A DNA stretch of 64,000 nucleotides from Eledone cirrhosa (taxonomy: Eukaryota): NCBI GenBank assembly GCA_964016885.1, contig OZ024741.1:163990001-164054000 (forward strand), written 5' to 3'. The notes beneath the pieces were generated by a model. That model saw nothing but the letters and a program-made list of their open reading frames with translations, ran no database searches and had not been told where the DNA came from. The position numbers and the translations under genes were made by a program. Every line of letters starts with the position of its first letter. Position 1 is the first letter of the stretch. Below, piece after piece: positions 28,639-42,922 of this stretch.

Positions 28639-28827
28639 CATTGTTATGAAGGTGCATTTTTCATTTTGATTAATCTTTTTAATTATAATGTATTTCCCAT
28701 TCCTTTCGTAGTTTATGTTCTACACTCTAGTGGTAATATACCCCCTGTAAGTGAAAACACATTCTCTTCGTGTATTCTCCTCTCTATATTATATTTTGAA
28801 GAGCCCAGAAAAAATTTTCTTTGAGCT

Positions 28828-31371
28828 TGTAGTGACCTACATTCCGCGGGCACACATACATTCTCTGTGCGTGATTTGGCTCAGCTCAGCCAATCAGCGC
28901 CAGCAGAAGAGAATGTATCCCTACGCGCCCTGAGGGAGAAATTCCTCGCGAGGATTTGAAGAATTTATCTCTCGCATCCTGAACTTCGAAGGAACAACAC
29001 GTACAATATGTAACGGTGAGATTTGTACTTTGGCCTGCCGGCCTGCCTCGAGCCTGGTACAATGGCACATTCCTTTTGTAATCCTTTTATGTTTAACTAC
29101 AATCATACAAATTAACAAACATTACTTTCTCTCAACATCTAAATAACTCTGCTAAACGGTGATTAATAAAACTGCTCCATTCCAACATGTTTGTCACACA
29201 TCACATCAATTCTTGTTATAATTAGTGACCCCGCTAAAAAAAAAAAAAAAATAATAGGAACTGGTGTTTTGTGTATATATAAAAAAAAATTAATTAGCAG
29301 TATTTCACAAAAAATTTGGTAAAAACGAACCCGAGGAAATTTAAAAATGGCTACCGACAAGTCCTCCGCAGCTATCACCACTACCATCAACAGCAGCGAC
29401 AACATCGGTTAACCACTAACCATAGACAACGGAATAACTATGTGGCAGCTTCATAGCCTTTATCGACGTAAACCACCACACAACATATTGTTTACTTCCA
29501 TGCTTTCACCTCTTCTATCGTCTCTACTGTTAAGAAAAAAAATGGAAGTAGTTGTTTTTTAAAAAAGAACAACACGTGGTTTAACTTTTATGCTGACAGG
29601 TCCAGTTCCATTTGTTGTTTTCCCAGTGAGTCGGGTAAAGTAACAAGATGGAGGTTGTTATACTCTAAGACGATGAGTGTGCAACGAGATGCGAAGCTGT
29701 TTGAATCCAGCTGCAATTACCAGTTCTCGTGTTGCGGTGCTTGTTTGAATCCAGGTGAATTAAGCTCTGAGTCGCTAACACCTTGGAAAGTAAAAAATTG
29801 GCTGTATTTTCAAAATTATATATCTTTCGATACGGCTTTCTGCAATAACAAGCAAGCACAACACCAAACTCACATGCTGACTCTCAGCTCTTCGGCGTGC
29901 GACTTCGATTCTACTGTGACTTTGCTTTGATAACAACAAATCTACTAGCTTCCTAATAAGAGCGATCACAAAGAAATTTTAAGGAAAAAAAAAACGAACT
30001 TTTTGTTAAGGAAACAATTCTTTCTTTCTTTCTCTTTTTACAGGCAATGTTCGGACATTTATTCTTTTAGAACTGCATTATATGAAAAATATTTTTTTGT
30101 TATCATTGTATATATGACTGCATCATTTTCTTTATCATTGTATATATGACTGCACCCACACATTCTTTGCTGTATTACATGCCTGCATATGCACACACAT
30201 TTCTTTGACACACACCAACATGTTGTTCTTAGTATATGTTCTTCAAGCGTAATATTCTGCGAGATCCCTTTTCATCTGGTTGAGGTGCCGACACATGTTA
30301 GCGACTCAGAGCTTAATTCACCTGGATTCAAACAAGCACCGCAACACGAGAACTGCTAATTGCAGCTGGACTCAAACAGCTTCGCATCTCGTTGCACACT
30401 CATCGTCTTAGAGTATAACAACCTCCATCTTGTTACTTTACCCGACTCACTGGGAAAACAACAAATGGAACTGGACCTGTCAGCATTTCCACCACTTCTA
30501 TGGATTCGCCAAAATTATGGAATTTACACTGCAACTACTACCCACCTACAGATTCAACTTGCTTTTTTTCTTTTCAAAGCAACAAGCCATTTTTTCCTGG
30601 CTGCCTAGCACTTTCGGCAATACATCTGGGATGCCGACATTTTCTCGCCTATCCATCATCTTCTTGCCAGCACTGGTAAACTACCATAATAGCTTCATCC
30701 ACAGCTACTGGTACCACACTTGCAATTAACATTTAATGCAAGAACAGCAACTTCGCCCATGTCAGACTTTATCTGTTAGACCCTTGGTGGTCACGTATAA
30801 ACTACAAAACAGCTAGTCATTTGACACAGCGGCTCAACACGGCCCTTAGCGCCTCATTTTTTTCTTGAATGCATTCTTCTGTTCAATTATTTTTTCACTG
30901 ATGTGCTCTTTCAGCATTTATTCCTGCTGATTCAATAATCTGTATCGTCTTACGACTAGAGGGTGGGGGGACGGGGTATTGTAGTGACCTACATTCTGCG
31001 GGCTCACATACATTCTCTGTGCGTGATTTGGCTCAGCTCAGCCAATCAGCGCCAGTAGAAGAGAATGTATCCCTACGGGCCTGAGGGAGAAATTCCCCGC
31101 GAAGATTTGAAGAATCTATCTCTCGCATCCTGAACTTCGAAGGAACGACACGTACAACATGTAACGGTGAGATTTGTACTTTGGCCTACCGGCCTGCCTC
31201 GAGCCTGGTACAATGGCACGTTCCTTTTGTAATCCTTTTATGTTTAACTACAATCATACAAATTAACAAACATTACTTCCTCACTACATCTAAATAACTC
31301 TGCTAAACGGTGATTAATAAAACTGCTACAATCCAACATGTTTGTCGCACACCACATCAATTCTTGTTATA
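28828..31371 (+). mobile_element. Non-autonomous LTR retrotransposon (~2.5 kb)
   Basis: Direct repeats 28828-29220 and 30980-31371 (TGTAGTGACC...TTGTTATA); PBS-like TTAGTGACCCCG after the 5' LTR; polypurine tract GAGGGTGGGGGGACGGGG before the 3' LTR; probable 4-bp TSD AGCT/AACT; no pol ORF. Confidence 0.85.
29590..30486. repeat. 191-bp inverted repeat (29590-29780 / 30296-30486) inside the LTR element
   Basis: Arms are reverse complements with 2 mismatches by eye. Confidence 0.9.
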
Positions 31372-31458
31372 AACTCATTGAATTACAGGGATAAACGCGA
31401 GTCCTTTACTTTGTTGCTTTATTTTATATATATTCGTTTTATTAAGGCTGAATAGTGA

Positions 31459-31510
31459 TTCTTGTTACTCGGGAGTTTCACCTTTTTATCACAGGGTCAT
31501 CAGACAAGAA
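31459..31510 (-). ncRNA. Type I hammerhead ribozyme
   Basis: Minus strand: TTCTTGT-CTGATGA-CCCT..AGGT-GAAA-CTCCCGAG-TA-ACAAGAA; perfect 7-bp stem I. Confidence 0.8.
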
Positions 31511-31858
31511 CATAAATCACTATTCAGCCTTAATAAAATGAATATTAAAACTCTACTTCGGTATTGAGTACTCCTTCCACTCATCTGTCAACCGCATACG
31601 AATATATATATAGCTCAATTTGCTGGCCACTGTCACCGTGCCACCAATGAAATCATATCCGCTCTCTTGCTCTGGAACCCTGACTCCAGCCTGACTAGGA
31701 GTAGGAAGCTGTCATTCCCTGACGTTATCTCTAGGCGATACGGGAATCAGCAGACAGGACCTGGGGGCGGCGATGGGGGACAGGGAATTCTGGGGCATGA
31801 GAGTGAGATCCATCATCTCGACAGTAGTCGACGAATGATGATGATGATGATATATGTA

Positions 31859-31909
<51 letters not shown>

Positions 31910-31913
<4 letters not shown>

Positions 31914-32440
31914 TACTGTACGTCTGTATACATATATGTATGTACGTGTACATACTTATATTTAAGTAACAGCCGTACTAAGAGTGGGAAATGAAATTTC
32001 GTTTCATTTTTTCCGTTTATCGTTTTCGGTGCACCCGGCCGATTAACCCACACGATATGCAAATTGGGCTACTCAGCCGTTAATATGCATAAGGTAAGTA
32101 TATACGTTCAACAATCTGGCATGAAGGTATACGTTGCTGACGATAGCTAATAAGCTTGAAACTAGTACAGCGTTCATTGTCAGTGTTGAACAAACGAGCA
32201 ACGATGGTTGCTGGACACTACGGCTTAATACGGGATGTTTGTTTACAAACACACCGATCATTATAATAAATGTTCGGTGAATCCATACGTACATATATAT
32301 ATATGTGTGCATGTATGTATATATATATATATACATACTACTGTACGTCTGTATACATATATGTATGTACGTGTACATACTTATATTTAAGTAACAGCCG
32401 TACTAAGAGTGGGAAATGAAATTTCGTTTCACTTTTTCCA
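31910..32440. repeat. ~105-bp direct repeat pair (31910-32015, 32335-32440)
   Basis: TACTACTGTACGTCTG...GGGAAATGAAATTTCGTTTCA repeated. Confidence 0.8.
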
Positions 32441-32441
32441 T

Positions 32442-32475
<34 letters not shown>

Positions 32476-32621
32476 AATGTGTGTGTGTGTGTGAGAGAGA
32501 AAGGGAAAGAGAGTTTGAGTGTGTATGTGTGTGTGTGTGTGTGTGTAAAAGGTAAACAGAAATGACAACACAATCGATACCATCTAAGCAGCCGATTAAC
32601 ATGGAGTTCTGTGTCCTTCGT

Positions 32622-32658
<37 letters not shown>

Positions 32659-32860
32659 AGGCTTCTCCTTAAAAAATTGTTTTGTTTTGTTTTGTTTTGT
32701 TCCCGTTCGTTGTCTTGTCCTCTTTTTGTTAATTTTCATGTATATATATATATATATATATATGCAGACATTAACTTTCTTACAGTTATATGTATTACTA
32801 AGCAAAGAAAAAATACATTTCTAAAATCCTTATTAAATATCCCTATAACGTTCATAGAAT

Positions 32861-32995
32861 ATAATTGCTTCTAATTTTGGCACAACGCCAACAATTACCC
32901 CAGTACAATACTGGTGCTTTATTTTATCGATCCCGTAACTCTATGCTGCAAAGCATGGCGTCTGACCCTCTACCGATACTGCCAAACCACCGCCC
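32861..32995 (-). mobile_element. Internally deleted family A SINE with TSD
   Basis: AACGTTCATAGAATATAAT on both sides. Confidence 0.8.
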
Positions 32996-33673
32996 TTCAT
33001 ATAACATGAACGTTCATAGAATATAATACCAAACCATTAGGAAGAAACAGTAGAACATTCGGTTTTCTAATTACAGTGCCAGAGTGCATTTCAAAACAAG
33101 TCTGATTAGTTTGAAATACTCCAAAACCAAACCCAATCTTTCTCCAACATGTGTCTGTTTGTCAGTTTAGTGGTACAAACTATAAAGTTACCTGGCATTG
33201 CAACTAAACACCTGAACTGAAATTACAAGTACCAGTGATCCAGATTAAGATAATGGAATATTATTGATAAAGTGTAAAATACAAATAAAAAACAATTCCC
33301 TACCCTTAAGAAAGTATACGCAATCCATTTAGAGAACTAGGTGATATATTGATTTCAAATATTGGCAAAGAGACATACATTAGTAACTGATTGTATCACT
33401 AAAGTACATACATACTATACGTTATATCGATCTTCGGCGGATGAAAGGCAACATTTATATGTGAAGTATTAAATTTGAATATAGGAAGAATCGTTATCTA
33501 TTTATGTATTACTTTTGCAACAGGTGGAAAATTTGCGAAATGTTAGAGTTACTTTAATCAACTCCAGTACCTTGATAGGATATATTTTATCAGCCCCGAA
33601 TTTTATGAAATACAAAAGTCAAACATAAATAATATTGATTTCTAGACTTTTGGTAAGAGGTCGCGTTTAATTA

Positions 33674-33842
33674 CCGTATTTCCGGGCGTCGAAGACGCTA
33701 CATTTTCCCTAAAATATGTCTCAAAAATCTCCCATGCGTCGTGGAGCCCGAAGGTTGTTTATTATTTTTTTTTCAAATTTTTGGTTGTCAAAATTAGGGT
33801 GCATCCTCGAGGATGAAGCGTCTTTGGTGCCGGGAAATACGA
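33674..33842. mobile_element. MITE, Tc1/mariner-pogo type
   Basis: TIRs CCGTATTTCCGGGCG..GAAGACGC / GCGTCTT..TGCCGGGAAATACGA, flanked by TA. Confidence 0.7.
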
Positions 33843-34279
33843 TAAATCGACCCCTGTTATACAACATTGTACAACTTGGCGCAAGACCTCAAGATAAACT
33901 TCGTAACAACAGGATTTTAACTGAGAACATTTTTCCTGGCGTTGTATTGATTCTTGCGTACACTGCTTAGTCCGGAACTAAAAATACATGCTAATTCATA
34001 GCTTAATCCTATTATTAAACCAATAAGACGTTATACTGACGTTTAAAGACAACCTAATCCATGAAGATTAATGCTACATATATTCCAATAACAAAAAATA
34101 ACCTAAAACAACCAGCTTCAATTCATACCGCAATACATAGATTAGCGTTTCTAAATTTATTTGCTTCACATAAATGCTTGTATAAAATAAAAATAACTGG
34201 TGGTATGAACTCAGATCATTTCAGTCTTTACAACATCATGTGATCACTGGTTTGAGATCAGCTCTCACAAACACTATAT

Positions 34280-34470
<191 letters not shown>

Positions 34471-34633
34471 TGAAAACATTAATTGAAAAGAACTGGAACG
34501 ATGAGTGTATATGAATTTTCATAAAATTGTAAGAATCTCAAACACGGGAGTGGCTGCGAATAAAATAACCACTAGATTAACTTCACCCTGCTTTCCGTTC
34601 AATAATCTGTCTACTGTTGCTTAAGAGTGTTGC

Positions 34634-34822
34634 AGTGGATTGGCAGTATTGGTAGAGAGTCGGACACCATGCTTTGACGTATAGAGTTACGGCCCTTGCC
34701 ATTCTGAGTTCAAATCCCGCCAAGGTTAACTTTGCCTTTCATCCTTACGGGGTCGATAAAATAAAGTACCAGTAATGCACTGGTTAATTGCTGGCCTTGT
34801 GCCTAACGTAAAAACAATTATT
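34634..34822 (+). mobile_element. SINE family A
   Basis: Matches the consensus. Confidence 0.85.
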
Positions 34823-35405
34823 AACATTAAGTATCCCGAAGCCTTACATTCAGAATCTTGACCCCCTGCCGAGGTCTATAAAATATATTTTAAAACATGG
34901 TCTCTTTCCGGTCATGGTGACCATAGGTATGTGCCTGAAAAGTTCCAAGGTGCAAGCCTGAACAAAGGGTTTTGTGGAAGACCAGCAGTCATCCATACAT
35001 GACAGTCCCATCTATCAATACTATTTCTTGGCACCAGTCTCATTGAAGTTCTTTGTTTCCAGCTGAGTGAATTAGTGCAACGGGAAACGAACTCGCGATT
35101 TTACGGTCTAAAGCCAACACTCTATAATACATACCATAGGGTTTATTACTACGACCACGTTTTATCACCTCCACCCCATCTTAAATATGCACAGTGGAAA
35201 CTGCATGTTATAATCCCAAATAATGCTGTTAATCGGTTTAAGTTGTATATAAAAGTCATAACTAACGCTAGCCTCTGTATTGAGCTTTCTCTGCTCGTTG
35301 AATGTTCACCCAATCGCAAATATATATTATATATATATACTTCGTTTTTGTATTTGTTTTGCAGCATTTCTTATCTGAAAACGTGTGTTGAAACAGATAG
35401 TTTTA

Positions 35406-35554
35406 TACTTTGGGAGGGTCATGCTGCCAATAAAATCCGTTGGTTTTCACTTCAATTTATTACAAACCAACCAACCGGAAATTTGTAATAGATTGAAATG
35501 AAAACCAACAGATGGAAGTTTCTTTTTATTGGCAGCATGACCCTCCCAAAGTAT
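35406..35554. mobile_element. Fold-back (MITE-like) element
   Basis: ATACTTTGGGAGGGTCATGCTGCCAATAAAA...TTTTATTGGCAGCATGACCCTCCCAAAGTAT; related pieces at ~3240-3301, ~60210-60340 and ~63770-64000. Confidence 0.7.
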
Positions 35555-35766
35555 TACAATATATATATATATACATATACGTTCGTGCTTACTTCTCTAT
35601 CCTTCGCTCTGTCACGTTTACTCCGTCCATTATCACACACACGCTTGTACACATTCACCCCTAGATTCATATGGCTCTTTTATGGTCAGAAACATATATT
35701 CTTACAGCTGATATAGACCAATAAAATACGCACACACACACCTCTACGTTTCCCTTCATAACTCTG

Positions 35767-35813
<47 letters not shown>

Positions 35814-36173
35814 CACACAAACTTCATATATCAACATAGTTTTACTTACAGCTTCGTACTTACAAGCACACACACACTTTTACTTACATATACACACACA
35901 TATCCTCTTAGCTTCGTACAGACGTATAATAACACACACCACACACGCACGCTCACACGTATAGCTCTACATACAAAACGTTTTGTTTTTCCATTTCAGG
36001 TAGACGCGCCCCATTATCCACTTTTCTAAAAAAAAGTATATCATACACAAAACACAAGCATCAACAGTTTTCTAAGAGATGGCAACATGAATGGACCTGT
36101 TGTTTTTCTCTAAAAACATTTTTTTCCAATTCCACCCCGCTCGTTCCTTCAATCTTTCTAATTGTTCATTCTT

Positions 36174-36209
36174 TCTTCTGATGAAGGACTAGCGTCCGAA
36201 ACGTTAAGA
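36174..36209 (+). ncRNA. Minimal type I hammerhead ribozyme (palindromic stem III)
   Basis: TCTT-CTGATGA-A-GGAC TAGC GTCC-GAAA-CG-TT-AAGA. Confidence 0.8.
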
Positions 36210-36324
36210 CCCTCTTCCTGCTATTTCACGTGTTAACCTAATATGCAAATCAGGCCGATCAGTCACTATATATTTCAAAAAATATCATATTTTCAGTAGC
36301 TCTGACAGTTAGCAGGTAGGCAGT

Positions 36325-36375
36325 AAACTGCACTGATGAAGGGTAATTACCCAGAAACATTAGTGTCTGCAGTTT
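36325..36375 (+). ncRNA. Type I hammerhead ribozyme
   Basis: AAACTGCA-CTGATGA-A-GGGTAATTACCC-A-GAAA-CATTAGTG-TC-TGCAGTTT; 8-bp stem I; GUC cleavage triplet ending at 36367. Confidence 0.85.
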
Positions 36376-36656
36376 TATTTACATGCCAACAAAAGACCGA
36401 GAATGAGGGGCTCATTCTACTGACATGGCTTATAAAAGAGGCTGTTTGCATAATTGCAAACGAATCGAATATTATTAACATTCGAAAAACTCAGATTACA
36501 TTTATATATATATATAATATATATAATACGTAATATCTGCTGATATTATGCAATTCCCTCCACCTAACACCTCTAATAACTATTATAGACAGAATGGTGC
36601 GCGGAAACAAGATCTGTCCAGAAATTTGATACGGAGGTATCATTATGAAAGCACAA

Positions 36657-36848
36657 TGGCGGTGGATTGACAGTATCGGTAGAGGGTCGGACGCCATGCT
36701 TTGACGCATAGAGTTACGGCCCTTGCCATTCTGAGTTCAAATCCCGCCGAGGTTAACTTTGCCTTTCATCCTTACGGAGTCGATAAAATAAAGTACCAGT
36801 AATACACTGGGTAATTGCTGGCCTTGTGCCAGAAGTAGAAACAATTAT
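36657..36848 (+). mobile_element. SINE family A with TSD
   Basis: ATTATGAAAGCAC on both sides. Confidence 0.9.
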
Positions 36849-36976
36849 GAAAGCACTGCTATCTTACTTACTAATTAACTAAATGTGTGCACTCTGTATG
36901 ATAGCTTGCACTTTCTCAATTGCAAGCTTATTCTTTCATTAAGTGAGTGGGTAGTGGCAGGAGATCGGGGACTTTC

Positions 36977-37014
<38 letters not shown>

Positions 37015-37017
<3 letters not shown>

Positions 37018-37213
37018 CGAAGGAAATGTGGTAAGAAACCAGGTGGACCATAACGCACCAAAGTACTCAATACTTAGGGTAGTAGAGTGGGTAATAGGAA
37101 CGAGTAGGACCCCGACGGCTGAGCTCAAGCCGTTTCGACGGCTAATTCTAGACTGTCCAGAATTAGCCGTCGAAACGGCTTGAGCTCAGCCGTCGGGGTC
37201 CTACTCGTTCCTA
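37015..37213. mobile_element. Fold-back PLE-type mini-element (family X) in (TA)n
   Basis: Palindrome 37095-37213 centred on 37154; the left arm continues to 37015 as the reverse complement of the copy at 2370-2510. Confidence 0.8.
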
Positions 37214-37340
37214 TATATATATATATATATATATATATACGTATATATATCCTTTTATTAAGTCTTGTTCAAACTAACCAATATCCACACAATTCTTTCC
37301 ATTCTCTCCTTCCATTCTGCCATCTTTTGACTAAGACTAA

Positions 37341-37374
<34 letters not shown>

Positions 37375-37869
37375 GTCGTCCAGCGGCCTCAGCCGAAATC
37401 GACTTAACAGTTGATCTCCGCGTGGGTCTCTCGTTCATTGCCGCTGCCAAATCTTGGATTTTTAAAATACCAGAATCTCTGGAGATGAAATCGGGATAGG
37501 AGAGCTTGGGCCCCCACCCCACCCCACCCCGTTATAAGTTACTGCTTGTAATTTCCAAAGCACTAAGGGTGACACAGTCTCATAGGTGGCACGATGGCCA
37601 GCAAATCTTACTCACCTTTTATGTACAACGACAGATATAGGTGGGAGGCCATCATATATTTCTTTCATATAAAAATAGATATATAGTTTTAAGATATTAG
37701 GATATGAAATTATTGACACGTTTGTATTGTTAAAAAAATATCTACTCCCAAATAAATGAATGTTAACTTTCATATACGAGATATATCAACCAAGTTATTA
37801 TTTTAAGATTTCCACAACTATTGCTCACAAGGGGTCTCTTTTCGCTGTTTTTCTTTTTTCGTTCTCTAT

Positions 37870-39370
<1,501 letters not shown>

Positions 39371-40050
39371 GAGAAAGGGAGACATCAAGTTCCAACTTAA
39401 TATACTTGTCGATATTTTACATCACGTTGTCCACTGACAATAAATACTATTTCTTTTTAATTATATGGAAGATTAGATATAGAATCTTTTATCGGGAAAT
39501 CCTCAATTACGATCTATCTCTCGTGCATAACGTCCTTCTATATGATACACACACAAAGTTTAGAAATCATTAAAAAGTTAGAAAGCAATATATAATATCA
39601 TACAACAGATTTACAGAAATGTTTCCATCGTTTTATGACGAAGTGTTTTGGTGTTTGCAGTCTTGGGAGACACGATGACGGGGAAAGTAAATAGAAAATT
39701 GGTAGTTTATTATTAATATTATCAACCTTGCATTTTTCTTTGTGTTTGTTTTGTTTCTTTTTCGTTTCAATAATCTGAAATTATATTGTAAATATCAGTT
39801 TACTTCGTAACAATGTCAATGAGAAAGAAAATCATTATTAATACTGAATTTAAGACCTATAATCTCTGGAGATGATTGTTAAAGGTGATAGAATGATCTA
39901 AATTGATAATTTCATGCGAGTAGTCAATACTACAACCGTGTTTCTGTTTTTAAATAAGATGTATATAGTACTAGCTGGGTATTTTGATCGATGATTCTTG
40001 TATTGGTAGCATTGGGATTTCTGTTTCTCATATAGTATGTTTTTACAATA

Positions 40051-40268
40051 GTGATTTCTAGTATAGGCACAAGGCCAGTAATTTTGGGGAAGGGGAAATT
40101 CGATTAAATCGACCCCAGTACATTACTGGTGCTTTATTTTATCGACCCCGTAAGGATGAAAGGCAAAGTTAACCTCGGCGGGATTTGAACTCAGATCATA
40201 AAGAGCCGTAACTCTATGCTGCAAAGCATGGCGTCTGACTCTCTACTGATACTGCCAATGCACCGCCC
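40051..40268 (-). mobile_element. SINE family A (long-tail variant)
   Basis: Matches the consensus, with the extra GGGGTCGATTTAATCGA..TTCCCC segment. Confidence 0.85.
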
Positions 40269-41256
40269 AATAGTACCGATGATTTTGTAAAAACTGTAAT
40301 GAGTCTGACTAAAATGTTAACCCTTTTGATACCAAAGTACCTGAAATCATGTGATACAATTTTATTTTGTTTTTCAGTTTCATACTTAAATTTAAACTAC
40401 CCATCAAAATTTTATGTAAGGAATGTTTTGCTATATTCAAAATACCAGCTTTAGAATTAAAAGTTAATCGTTGTTGTTTCTCCTTGGTCTCACTGGAAAT
40501 CATTCGGTTGTTCAGCCAACTAAATTCCTACCCATAAAATTATTGTGAAAATGTTTTACCATTCCAAAATTGCGTGTATCCTTAACAAAACTCTCAGGCA
40601 GAATCAGTATGATACAAAGTGACAAAACTAGGCCTTTTAAATTACAGATTGAAGAGAAATAGGGGGAGAATAATCGGACCCCAGTGTAGTCTGATACTCT
40701 CTATATATCAACCCTAGAAAAACGTAGGGTTTGACCTCAGTGGAATTTTGAATTCAAAGCGTGGAGAGCCAGCCAGAATGAATGTTAGATTTTAACTCCT
40801 GTCAAAACTAGTTTTAGTGTTCGATTTTTTGTTTTTGTTTTTTGGTAGAATTGATTCACGAGGTTTACTTTTTTGTTAAATCCCTTCTGGTGTCGCTAAA
40901 GTAAACACTAATCATGTACAGAGGTGAATATATTCCACTTTTTCTTCTTTCCCAAATATATGATATATCTTGTGCTTACATTAAAGAAATCAGCGTTATT
41001 CAAGAACTTAAAATTCAATAGTCATTATTGGCCTCAGTCATTGGACTGAGGCCATTCTGAGGAAGCGCTTTCAGGGGCTTTAGTCAACCATGTCTACACC
41101 AATACATCAATACATTTATAAAAGTCTAGTACATAATTTATCGATCTCTATTTGTCAAACCTCTAAATCTTAACAGCAACTCAAATAGCAGCATGGACAC
41201 ACAAATATATATATATGTATACAGTATATATGTATATGTGTGTGTATATGTGTGTG

Positions 41257-41354
<98 letters not shown>

Positions 41355-42354
41355 GCGAACTTCTATGCAGTTTCCGTCTCCCAAATTCTACCAACAAGGC
41401 ATTGATCAAGATGCCATGCAGTGGAACTAAACCTGAAACCAATATGTTTATTTTGAGAAAACATCCAAAACTTTGTTCATTTGAAAGTTAATTTAAAACA
41501 CCTTTGACAATGCAAAAGAGAAACATTTTTTCTATAAAATATATTTCTTATGAAATTTAGAGCCTTGAAAGCTCGTATTTTCGATGCTCCTTCAAAGCCA
41601 ATCCGGTGGTTATATAACAGTTGTTGACCCCTTTATACAGCTCTTTATATATCCATTGAAGTCTACATGGTATTTTTAGTTGAATATGTTAGGTAGTAGA
41701 GAACGGACAAGGCTCCATTATTTGGTTTTCTTCTCCACATTCGCAGGTGGCTAAATCAATCATGTAGTCTCATCTGACTTAAGCAGGTTTTATCGCCCCT
41801 TTTCTTATTTTCAAGCGGTTCAGGGTCTTCCACTAATGACACAGTACTTCTGAACCAGGAAAAAAGTATTCATGACATTTAAAGGTCGATCTTTCTTAAG
41901 CCAATCTGCTGAAACCTGGAGTCCTGTCTCCTTTCGATATACCATGAAACAAGTGATTAAGACGGACTTTGAATACATTTTGATAAGGATTGGTATCCTT
42001 TTCCAACAGTATTCAGAAGCGATGGAAAGTTAGTATGAACATTGCAAGCCAGATCATTTTTATAATAAGTCTTCTCTATCACGCTATCTAGCTCTGGTTT
42101 CTGTCATCAACAGCAGTCAATTGGTAAATCGAAATTTTCCAGCTATTCCCGTCTGTTTTTTTTTCGAATTCATTTCTAATCCATCATAAAGTTAGTGTGC
42201 GCTTTTATTATTATTTTATTGGATTTGTCGTATATTTAATAACTGGAGAGAATCGCTTATCTAGGAATATTTCTCTTCTGGGGATATATACTTTAACGTT
42301 AGTTGAGTTTGCCGACAACATAAGTAATTTTACTTTTTTTACAACTAACGTTAT

Positions 42355-42396
<42 letters not shown>

Positions 42397-42411
42397 AGGT
42401 GGTGGTGGTGA

Positions 42412-42475
<64 letters not shown>

Positions 42476-42492
42476 CGAGGTGGTGGTGGTGA

Positions 42493-42532
<40 letters not shown>
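42355..42532. repeat. (TAG)n microsatellite with GGT interruptions
   Basis: Direct reading. Confidence 0.95.
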
Positions 42533-42533
<1 letters not shown>

Positions 42534-42922
42534 AAAGAATGCTGTTACATCCAGACACTCTACCCTTCTCTGCATATGATAATGAAGACTAACGACAATA
42601 ACAATATACTGTAGAAGAATATGTCCATCTCTCAACCTATTAGAAATAACAGACAAACTTCCCTCATATCACACTCCTGTCTTAAGACAAGGGTACATTG
42701 GACATTGTAGCTTTAGATATATTTTTTAAAAAGATACAGTAGATATTGTATACCTGAAGGAAAGGTGAGATGATTATGGCTGGCAGGTCTTGGATCATGC
42801 GTTTGTTCGCTGTTTTGTTTTTTTTACTTTTAGGTATATTTTGGAATTCCTATTTTGATTTTATGTTTTGCCATTTCTTTACCTGTGTTCTTATTTTGTT
42901 GAATGTGTTTACTGGAGTGCGT

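Noticed and set aside
32015-32080. Hairpins between the 105-bp direct repeats resembling an HHR fold
   Set aside because: Core nucleotides (CTGAGTA, TAAT) and stem I do not fit.
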